Shown here: piece by piece, positions 1 to 8,580 of the stretch
Position numbering within the stretch: the first letter of the stretch is position 1
Layout: each line of letters starts with the position of its first letter
DNA from: Pseudomonas aeruginosa
Lineage (GTDB): Bacteria > Pseudomonadota > Gammaproteobacteria > Pseudomonadales > Pseudomonadaceae
Direction: 5' to 3'
Assembly: GCF_001457615.1 (NCBI RefSeq)
Contig: NZ_LN831024.1
Span: 4,950,001-4,982,000, forward strand
DNA: 32,000 nt
Made by a program: the position numbers and the translations under genes
Notes under the pieces: model-generated
The model's database searches: none
Told to the model about the DNA's origin: nothing
What the model saw: the letters and a program-made list of their open reading frames with translations, nothing else

Positions 1-281
1 TTCATGTAGAACAGCCGCACGCCGGCCTGGCGGATCGACTCGAACAGCCGTTCTGCCTGCTCGGGATCGACCGCCATGAGGATTTCCTGCGGCTGGTCGG
101 CCAGCTCGAAGAAGTGCATCGAATGCAGCCGGCCGCTCTGGCCGAAGCCTTCGCTGGCAGCCAGCGCGGTGGCACCGCGCACGCCCAGGCGGCGCGCCTC
201 TTCCAGCAGCCAGTCGCAGATCGGCTGGCCCTGGTGGCGGCGCCCCTGCTGGGTGATGAAGGTCAGTTGATAGCCTTGCAT
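1..281 (-). CDS. DUF190 family protein, partial (runs off the left edge of the window)
   Basis: Minus-strand reading from CAT at 279-281 gives MQGYQLTFITQQGRRHQGQPICDWLLEEARRLGVRGATALAASEGFGQSGRLHSMHFFELADQPQEILMAVDPEQAERLFESIRQAGVRLFYM..., open to the window edge. It resembles the DUF190 proteins that often neighbour crcB. The supplied ORF track does not list it because it is truncated. Confidence 0.8.
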   Translation of the reverse strand, partial: MQGYQLTFITQQGRRHQGQPICDWLLEEARRLGVRGATALAASEGFGQSGRLHSMHFFELADQPQEILMAVDPEQAERLFESIRQAGVRLFYM

Positions 282-300
282 GGTCGGTCCTCCCGCTGCG

Positions 301-683
301 CTATTTGCCCAGCATCCAGTTCATCGAGAACAACCCCAGCAGGGTCATCAGCAACGAGCCGCTGACGTGCGTCGCGATGGCCCCGGCGGCCCAGCCCAGG
401 CGGCCCTCCTGAAGCAGGCTGACGACCTCGGCGGAAAAGGTGGAGAAAGTGGTCAGGCCGCCGCAGAACCCGGTGATGATCAGTAGCCGCCATTCCGGAG
501 CGATGCCCGGCGCCTGGGCGAAATAGGCAATCGCCGCGCCGATGACATAGCCGCCGACCAGGTTGGCCAGCAGCGTGCCGGGGGAATGCTGGGCAGCAGG
601 CTGTTCAGCTTGAGCCCGAGGAACCAGCGCAGCAACGCCCCCAGGGCGGCGCCGAGGGCGATGGCGAGAATGGATTTCCACAT
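301..683 (-). pseudogene. crcB: CrcB/Fluc-type fluoride channel, apparently frameshifted
   Basis: From ATG at 683 ([35 protein letters not shown]) the frame diverges into [13 protein letters not shown]... and stops near 480. The other frame carries [53 protein letters not shown]...MNWMLGK, ending at 301. Adding 1 nt at the C run (+ strand GGGGG, 580-584) joins them into a ~127-aa CrcB. Confidence 0.85.
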
Positions 684-686
684 AGT

Positions 687-735
687 CCTGTCCTTGTAGG
701 AGCGATTCGGACAGGCGGCAGGCGAGCGCCTACGC
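687..735 (-). promoter_or_regulatory. Candidate riboswitch expression platform (alternative pairing plus SD-sequestering hairpin)
   Basis: GCGTAGGC (735-728 on minus) is a perfect 8-nt complement of GCCTACGC at the aptamer 3' end (759-752). Further down, CCTGTCC (715-709) pairs with GGACAGG (693-687), which overlaps the crcB Shine-Dalgarno AAGGA just before ATG 683. Confidence 0.55.
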
Positions 736-751
736 GCCTTTCCAGGTTCAT

Positions 752-802
752 GCGTAGGCATCATCAGCCCCAGGGGCGGTTGAAGGAGGAATGCCATCTC
801 CT
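752..802 (-). promoter_or_regulatory. Fluoride riboswitch aptamer (crcB motif)
   Basis: Minus strand reads AGGAGATGGCATTCCTCCTTCAACCGCCCCTGGGGCTGATGATGCCTACGC. This has the crcB-motif organisation: GGNGATG start, closing CTCC, AACCGCC..., GGCTGATG, then an ATGCC strand complementary to GGCAT. It lies directly upstream of crcB. Confidence 0.9.
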
Positions 803-911
803 GTCGGCAAGATTGGCACAAAGCGAGGCACCTATCAAAGGCCGGAGTACGCCGGATCGCCCGAAGCGTGCCAGTCTAGGGAACCTTCCCCCTTCCTTCG
901 CCGGAGCCCCC

Positions 912-1598
912 ATGCGCCCAGTCCTGCTGCTTTGCTGCCTGTTCCTGTCCGCCACCGCCCAGGCCGAGGATTGCTCGCCGCAAACCTCTGTCGGTAGCTG
1001 GTGCGAGCTGCCGCTCGCGGCCCTCCACCCGACCCAGCAGAATGTCGGCCTGCTGCAGGTCGAGGATGACCAGGCCAAGCTCGCCGGGAAGAAGCCCAAG
1101 GCTCTCGAGCGCTACTTGCGCAAGAAGGAGATTCCGGTGGTGATCGGCCCCGGCGGCCGCTTCTACCTCACCGATCGCCATCACCTGAGTAGCGCGCTCT
1201 GGCGCCTGGACCCGAAACAGGGCGTGCCGGTGAAGGTGATCGGCCGGCTACCCCAGGCCAGCGACTTCTGGGAGAAGATGCAGGAAAACCACTGGGTCTG
1301 GCTGCACGATGCGCGTGGCGCGGAGATCCCGCCCGAGGCCCTGCCGGACGCTCTCGCCGGGCTTGGCGACGATCCCTACCGCGCCCTGGCCGGCTACGCC
1401 GAGGACGAGAACGCCTTCGACAAGGATCGGCAGAGCTATTTCATCGAATTCCACTGGGCGCGCTATTTCGGCGAACGCATGCACTGGCGGCCGATCAGCC
1501 GCGCCACTCTGCCCGACGACCTGAAGCAGGCACTGCGCCTGGCCTGCGAACCGGCGGCAAGGGAGCTGCCGGGCTACCGCCAGGACTGCCCGCACTGA
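912..1598 (+). CDS. Small exported protein of unknown function (228 aa)
   Basis: ATG at 912 begins a signal-peptide-like N-terminus MRPVLLLCCLFLSATAQAEDCSPQ.... The ORF from 750 extends further upstream, but 912 is the more plausible start. Confidence 0.75.
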   Translation: MRPVLLLCCLFLSATAQAEDCSPQTSVGSWCELPLAALHPTQQNVGLLQVEDDQAKLAGKKPKALERYLRKKEIPVVIGPGGRFYLTDRHHLSSALWRLDPKQGVPVKVIGRLPQASDFWEKMQENHWVWLHDARGAEIPPEALPDALAGLGDDPYRALAGYAEDENAFDKDRQSYFIEFHWARYFGERMHWRPISRATLPDDLKQALRLACEPAARELPGYRQDCPH

Positions 1599-1603
1599 GG
1601 AAT

Positions 1604-1630
1604 AAAAAAGCCCCGCCGAAGCGGGCTTTT
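1604..1630. terminator. Bidirectional intrinsic terminator between the small exported gene and groEL
   Basis: AAAAAAGCCCCGCCGAAGCGGGCTTTT: GC-rich stem with A tract on one side and T tract on the other, between convergent genes. Confidence 0.85.
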
Positions 1631-1652
1631 CCAACCACAGGGGCCGGTCGGC

Positions 1653-3308
<1,656 letters not shown>

Positions 3309-3346
3309 CTAAATCGAATTCGGTGAAAACGGAGTGGTGAGACCGA

Positions 3347-3640
3347 TCAGTCTTCCAGGACGGCGAGGATTTCGGACTCGCCCATCACCAGCAGTTCCTC
3401 GCCATCGACCTTGATGGCGTTGCTGCCGGAGTAAGGCCCGAAGACCACCTTGTCGCCCACCTTCACTGCCAGAGCGCGCACTTCGCCGTTGTCCAGTACA
3501 CGACCGGTACCTACGGCTACCACTTCACCGCGGTTCGGCTTCTCGGCGGCGGAACCCGGCAGCACGATGCCGCCTGCGGTCTTGGTCTCTTCCTCGCTGC
3601 GACGGATAACGACGCGATCATGCAGAGGACGAAGCTTCAT
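3347..3640 (-). CDS. groES: Co-chaperonin GroES (97 aa)
   Basis: [44 protein letters not shown]..., immediately upstream of groEL. Confidence 0.99.
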
Positions 3641-3785
3641 AGTCGTAACTCTCCCAAACAGTGGTTTCCAACGGCCGGATCGAAGTCCGGCGGGTTTTGT
3701 TGAAGCCGGCGTTGCCGGGTTGCGACTCGACGCGCGAGCCGCGTAAGACAGCCTGCCCTTGTGGCAGGGACCTTGCGGTGACCGT

Positions 3786-3814
3786 TACATAAGGTCGCCA
3801 CAAGCCATTTCAAG
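3786..3814 (-). promoter_or_regulatory. Candidate sigma-32 heat-shock promoter of groESL
   Basis: Minus strand CTTGAAA (3814-3808), 12-nt spacer, then ACCTTATGTA, similar to the CTTGAAA-N(11-16)-CCCCATnT consensus. It lies about 145 nt upstream of groES. Confidence 0.55.
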
Positions 3815-3836
3815 GGCATGCAGTGAAATTTTTTTT

Positions 3837-4304
3837 TCAGTTGCGCGAATCGTCGCGGCGCTCGTACTCGCCCTCGATGACGTTCGGCCGCGACGGACCC
3901 TGTCCGTAGCGGGCGTTCAGGTCGTCGGCGAAGGCGCGCCGGCGCAGCGCCTGCTGTTCGACGCGGCGGCGCAGGCCGCCGAGCATCAGGCGACGGGTGA
4001 AAGGAATCAGGCAGAGGATGCCGAAGATGTCGCTGATGAAACCCGGCAGCATCAGCAGGCCGCCGCCGACGGCGATCAACAGGCCTTCGAGCATTTCCTG
4101 CTCCGGCAGTTCGCCACGGGCCAGTCGTTCGCGGGCGCGCCAGGCGGTGGCCACGCCGGCCACGCGCAACAATGCAGCACCGATGAAGGCGCTGGCGACG
4201 ATCAGGAACAGGGTCCAGCCGACCCCGATGACACTGCCGACCTTGATCAGGACGGCCAGCTCGACCAGCGGGAAGAGCAACAGCAGAAAGAGGAAAGCGC
4301 GCAT
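3837..4304 (-). CDS. fxsA: FxsA family membrane protein (155 aa)
   Basis: [50 protein letters not shown]... matches the FxsA family. The start was shortened from the ORF start at 4376. Confidence 0.9.
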   Translation of the reverse strand: MRAFLFLLLLFPLVELAVLIKVGSVIGVGWTLFLIVASAFIGAALLRVAGVATAWRARERLARGELPEQEMLEGLLIAVGGGLLMLPGFISDIFGILCLIPFTRRLMLGGLRRRVEQQALRRRAFADDLNARYGQGPSRPNVIEGEYERRDDSRN

Positions 4305-4372
4305 TTCAGAGTCCTTGGCGGGGCCCGTTTGCCCCCGGTACCACCAGTAGTTGGCGCCAGCCGGGGAAGAAT

Positions 4373-5107
4373 TCAACCCTGCTCCGGCTCGACGGTAGGC
4401 CAGCGCTCGGCCCTGGCCAATTGCACCAGCGCCTGGCGCACGGCCCCGGGGTTGCCGCAGGCGGCGGGGAACGGCAGCCAGTGCAGGCCCTGGCCGATGC
4501 GCAGGTGGAAACCTTCTGTATCAATTCCCGCCAGCTGCGCCGCGGCATGCGCCGGCAGTCCGGCCAGTTCCACATAGTGGGCGATGGCGGCGGCGTGGTC
4601 GCTGTTCATGTGCTCGACCATGCCGCGCTCGGCTTCTCCGGCGAACGGATTGGCCAGCGGCACGCGCTCGGCGGCCAGCCAGTGGATCGCGCCGAAACCG
4701 CCGATGAAACGCCACTGGACCGGCTGCAGCACCCAGAAGTCGAAATCGTGGACCCGATGGTAGTCGGCGGACTCGGGGAAATAGCGGTAGTAACGCTCGG
4801 CCGCCGCGGCGACCTCCTCCTCCGCCAATTGCCGCGCCTCGGCCAGCAGGGTGAGGCGGCCGACAGCCTGGATATCCTCGGCGCCGCGCTCGCCTACCAG
4901 CATCGAGCAGCGCGGGTCCGCCTGCAGGTTGTGGGTGTGCTGGGCGATCCGGCTGATCAGGATCAGCGGCCGGCCTTCGGCATCCAGGCAATAGGGAACC
5001 ACCGAGCCGAAAGGAAAGCCCGGCCATTTCTTCGAGTGGGTGGAAAGGACCGCACGGTATTCCTTGAGCAGCAATTCTCGGGCATTCTTTGCAGCTTCAA
5101 CGCTCAA
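4373..5107 (-). CDS. HugZ-like / pyridoxamine 5'-phosphate oxidase-related protein with C-terminal DUF2470-like domain (244 aa)
   Basis: [69 protein letters not shown]...[17 protein letters not shown]. Likely TTG start at 5107 preceded by AAGGAG. The 538-aa ORF extends upstream only because no stop intervenes. Confidence 0.8.
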   Translation of the reverse strand: MSVEAAKNARELLLKEYRAVLSTHSKKWPGFPFGSVVPYCLDAEGRPLILISRIAQHTHNLQADPRCSMLVGERGAEDIQAVGRLTLLAEARQLAEEEVAAAAERYYRYFPESADYHRVHDFDFWVLQPVQWRFIGGFGAIHWLAAERVPLANPFAGEAERGMVEHMNSDHAAAIAHYVELAGLPAHAAAQLAGIDTEGFHLRIGQGLHWLPFPAACGNPGAVRQALVQLARAERWPTVEPEQG

Positions 5108-5215
5108 TTTATGACTCCTTGCATAGAATCCGTCGTAAACGGACGGGCATATCAAAGTACGTTCGCAGGTGCCGGCAAGGTCCGCTTCCAGAAACTGCTC
5201 GTGGGGTTCCAAGCA

Positions 5216-5974
5216 ATGCAATTGAAAGACAAGGTCATCATCATCACCGGCGGCTGCCAGGGGCTCGGCCGAGCAATGGGCGAATATCTCGCCGGCAAGG
5301 GCGCCAGGCTGGCCCTGGTCGATCTCAACCGCGAACGTCTCGACGAAGCCGTCGCTGCCTGCAAGGCCGCCGGCGGCGACGCTCGCGCCTACGTGTGCAA
5401 CGTGGCGGACGAGGAACAGGTTACCCACATGGTGGCCCAGGTCGCCAGCGACTTCGGCGCGATCAACGGCCTGGTCAACAACGCCGGCATCCTCCGCGAC
5501 GGCCTGACCATCAAGGTCAAGGACGGCCAGTTGAGCAAGATGAGCCTGGCCCAATGGCAATCGGTGATCGACGTCAACCTCACCGGTGTGTTCCTCTGCA
5601 CCCGCGAAGTGGCGGCGAAGATGATCGAGCTGAAGAACGAAGGCGCGATCGTCAACATTTCCTCGATCTCCCGCGCCGGCAACATGGGCCAGGCCAACTA
5701 CTCGGCAGCCAAGGCCGGGGTGGCCGCGGATACCGTGGTCTGGGCGAAGGAACTGGCGCGCTACGGCATCCGCGTGGCCGGCGTGGCGCCGGGCTTCATC
5801 GAGACCGAGATGACCGCCGGGATGAAACCCGAGGCGCTGGAGAAGATGACCGCCGGCATCCCCCTCAAGCGTATGGGCAAGCCGGTGGAGATCGCCCACT
5901 CGGTGGCCTACATCTTCGAGAACGACTACTACACCGGCCGCGTTCTCGAACTGGACGGCGGCCTGCGCCTGTAG
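5216..5974 (+). CDS. SDR family NAD(P)-dependent oxidoreductase, FabG-like (252 aa)
   Basis: [37 protein letters not shown]..., NNAG motif and YSAAKAG catalytic YxxxK. Confidence 0.95.
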   Translation: MQLKDKVIIITGGCQGLGRAMGEYLAGKGARLALVDLNRERLDEAVAACKAAGGDARAYVCNVADEEQVTHMVAQVASDFGAINGLVNNAGILRDGLTIKVKDGQLSKMSLAQWQSVIDVNLTGVFLCTREVAAKMIELKNEGAIVNISSISRAGNMGQANYSAAKAGVAADTVVWAKELARYGIRVAGVAPGFIETEMTAGMKPEALEKMTAGIPLKRMGKPVEIAHSVAYIFENDYYTGRVLELDGGLRL

Positions 5975-5991
5975 GCCCCGGCCCCGCAAGG

Positions 5992-6019
5992 AAAAAGCCC
6001 CGCTATCGCGGGGCTTTTT
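5992..6019. terminator. Bidirectional intrinsic terminator
   Basis: AAAAAGCCCCGCTATCGCGGGGCTTTTT between convergent genes. Confidence 0.95.
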
Positions 6020-6032
6020 CGTGCAGGCCGGC

Positions 6033-7040
6033 TTACCAGCCGACCCCGAGGCCGAAGGTATAGCGGCGCTGGTTGACGTTGCCGTCGTTGCCGCTGAACT
6101 TGTCCCATTCCGCCTTCATGCTCAGCGAAGCCCAGCTGGTCAGCTTGTAGCGGATCCCCGCCTCGGTCTGCAGCTCGTAGTCCAGGCCGGATTGCAGCGG
6201 CTTGCTGACCTCGCCGTTGGTGAACAGCTCGAACTGCTTGGCCAGCAGGTAGCGGTTGTAGTCCCACTTGAAGCTCGACGAATAGAAGTGCTCCTTCTCG
6301 CCATCGGCGAACTCGTAGTCGTTGCGGTTGACCAGGGTGGCGATGGAGAACGCGCCCAGCTCGTTGTCCCAGAACTGGTAGCCGGGGCCGGTACCGACGG
6401 TACGCTTCTTCGCCAGGTCCTCGATCATGTCGCGCTTGTAGGCGACCTGGCCCTGCCAGAACCAGTGGTCGTCGATGAAGCGGTCCAGCGCGTACTGGCC
6501 GGAATAATTGTCGGTGCTGACCTGGCCGTTCTTCTTCTCGCGGTTGTACTCGCCCTGCACGTTGTGGCGCCAGAGTCCGTGGCGGGCGTTGGTCTTGAAA
6601 TCGATGTCGTAGTCGGACACATCGTTCTCGGCCTGCTTGCGGTCCAGCGAGAAATCGACGTTGCCGTTCCATACCCAGTCCTGGAGGATCGGCTTGGGCG
6701 GCATCATCTGCTGGATGCTGGCCAGCTCCACGGTCTTCGGCTCGCCGTTGACCAGGGTCACCTGGCCCGGCCCGGCGGCCTTGATGCCCTTGGAGTGCTC
6801 GCCAGTCTCGGCATCCTGCTTGACCAGCAGGTTCTGCTCGCTCTCGAAGGTGGAGATCTTGTCCCACTTGAGCGTGATGTCGCCGCCATAGTCGGTCTTC
6901 AGCAGCAGCTTGCCGCCGTCGAACAGGGTGATCTTGCCGGTAAGGCGGTCACCGTTCTTCATCCAGACCGTATCGGCAAGGGCAGAGGTGGAACTTGCAA
7001 GGGCAGCGAGGCACAGCAGGATTCTCGACAACATGAGCAC
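6033..7040 (-). CDS. DUF481 family protein, secreted/outer-membrane-associated (335 aa)
   Basis: MLMLSRILLCLAALASSTSALADTVWMKNGDRLTGKITLFDGGKLLLKTDYGGDITLKWD...; signal peptide, then a beta-strand-rich C-terminus ending RRYTFGLGVGW. Confidence 0.88.
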   Translation of the reverse strand: MLMLSRILLCLAALASSTSALADTVWMKNGDRLTGKITLFDGGKLLLKTDYGGDITLKWDKISTFESEQNLLVKQDAETGEHSKGIKAAGPGQVTLVNGEPKTVELASIQQMMPPKPILQDWVWNGNVDFSLDRKQAENDVSDYDIDFKTNARHGLWRHNVQGEYNREKKNGQVSTDNYSGQYALDRFIDDHWFWQGQVAYKRDMIEDLAKKRTVGTGPGYQFWDNELGAFSIATLVNRNDYEFADGEKEHFYSSSFKWDYNRYLLAKQFELFTNGEVSKPLQSGLDYELQTEAGIRYKLTSWASLSMKAEWDKFSGNDGNVNQRRYTFGLGVGW

Positions 7041-7154
7041 AAATCAACTGAGTTGGGTTCGAAGAGGCCGGCATTATCCAAATGCCGGGCGGCAGAGCAA
7101 GGACCGGGGCACGGGCGGTAAAGTTCAGCCGGATCGACCGAAAGGTGAGCCGCG

Positions 7155-8156
7155 TCACCAGCCGACGCCGACCCCGATCAGGTAATGCCGGTCGGACTGG
7201 GTGCCCCCCTCGGTGCGCAACTGGTCCAGTTCATAGAGGAACGAAAGACGCGCCCAACTGTTCAGGCGATAGCGCAGGCCGTATTCGCTGTCGAGCAGGT
7301 AGTCGATCCGCTCGATGCCGGGAACCAGCACGGTTCCCTTGCTGTACAGCTCCAGCCGGGTGCCGGCGAGCAGCCGCTTGTAGTCCCACTCCAGCGAATA
7401 GGAGGTGAAATCCTCGCGCGGCTGATCGCGCCACTCCAGTTGCCAGCGACTGATCTCGGCGACCAGGTCGAAACGCCCGAGTTCGTCGTCCCAGAACTGG
7501 TAGCCGGGGCCGGTTCCCAGCGCGCTCTGGCGCTCCAGGTTGTCGATCGCATCGTGCTTCTGCGAATAGCTGCCGCGCCAGAACCAGTGTTCGTCGAAGA
7601 AGCGATCGAGGTCGTAGTCCAGCTCCCAGTTGTCCTCGACCTTGCGCCCGTCCTTCTTTTCCCGCTCCACTTCCCCCGCCAGCACGTGGCGCCAGGCACC
7701 GTGGCGAAGCCGGGTATCGCCCTTGAGCTTCCATTCGTCCTTGTCGCTGTCGTTGCGCTTGCTGTCCAGCTTGACGTCGAGATTGCCCTCCCAGACCAGG
7801 TCCTCCACCAGCGGTCGCGGTGGCACCATCTGGCGAATACTGGCCAGCGGGACGGTATGGCTGCCGCCATCGACGATCCGCACCATGCCCTTGCCCGCCG
7901 CCTCCAGGGTTCGGCTACGCTGCCCGGATACGCCCTGCTGCTTGATCAGCAGGGGTTTGTCGGAACTGATGGTGTCGATATCCTTCCAATCGATCAGCAC
8001 CTGGCCGGCATAACGGGTCTTCAGCGCCAGCTTGCCGCCGTCCATCAGCACGATCTCGCCGGACAGGCGGTCGCCGTTGTCCAGCCATACGGTGTCGGCC
8101 AGCGCGGGGCCGGCCAGGAGCATCACGACGATTGAACAGAGGGCTCTGAGCGACAT
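7155..8156 (-). CDS. DUF481 family protein, paralogue of the adjacent gene (333 aa)
   Basis: MSLRALCSIVVMLLAGPALADTVWLDNGDRLSGEIVLMDGGKLALKTRYAGQVLIDWKDI... ends DRHYLIGVGVGW. Collinear with the 6033-7040 product. Confidence 0.88.
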   Translation of the reverse strand: MSLRALCSIVVMLLAGPALADTVWLDNGDRLSGEIVLMDGGKLALKTRYAGQVLIDWKDIDTISSDKPLLIKQQGVSGQRSRTLEAAGKGMVRIVDGGSHTVPLASIRQMVPPRPLVEDLVWEGNLDVKLDSKRNDSDKDEWKLKGDTRLRHGAWRHVLAGEVEREKKDGRKVEDNWELDYDLDRFFDEHWFWRGSYSQKHDAIDNLERQSALGTGPGYQFWDDELGRFDLVAEISRWQLEWRDQPREDFTSYSLEWDYKRLLAGTRLELYSKGTVLVPGIERIDYLLDSEYGLRYRLNSWARLSFLYELDQLRTEGGTQSDRHYLIGVGVGW

Positions 8157-8538
8157 GGGCGTTCACAAGGCGGACAGGAAAGGGAAAACCGATGAGCATG
8201 CATGGGCCGGCAGCGACCCGGCAAGTGCCCAGGCGCGCCGCGAGGCCCTGTACCTGGTGCTGGCGCAGGTGCCGCCGGGGCAGGTGGTCAGCTACGGGCA
8301 ACTGGCCGAACTGGCCGGCCTAGGCCGCGCCGCCCGCTGGGTCGGCAGGACGCTCAGCCAGTTGCCGGTGGATACCCGCCTGCCCTGGCATCGGGTTCTC
8401 GGCGCCGGCGGTCGCATCAGCCTGCCGGCGGACAGTCCCGGCGGTCGCGAACAACGCGCACGCTTGCGCGAGGAAGGCGTTCTCCTGCACAACGACAGGG
8501 TGGACATACGTCGGCATGGCTGGCTTACAGCGAAGTAG
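8155..8538 (+). CDS. Alkyltransferase-like (Atl/MGMT-fold) protein with PWHR in place of PCHR (127 aa)
   Basis: ALYLVLAQVPPGQVVSYGQLAELAGLGRAARWVGRTLSQLPVDTRLPWHRVLGAGGRISLP...; MGMT DNA-binding-domain fold with Trp (codon 8386-8388) at the alkyl-acceptor Cys position. The exact start is uncertain. Confidence 0.85.
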   Translation: MGVHKADRKGKTDEHAWAGSDPASAQARREALYLVLAQVPPGQVVSYGQLAELAGLGRAARWVGRTLSQLPVDTRLPWHRVLGAGGRISLPADSPGGREQRARLREEGVLLHNDRVDIRRHGWLTAK

Positions 8539-8580
8539 AGCGGTTAGAGTGCGCGTTATTTTTTGCGGAACGGTTACCCC

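Noticed and set aside
3697-3800. Possible CIRCE (HrcA operator) upstream of groES
   Set aside because: No TTAGCACTC-N9-GAGTGCTAA-like inverted repeat was found. The region fits a sigma-32-type promoter better.
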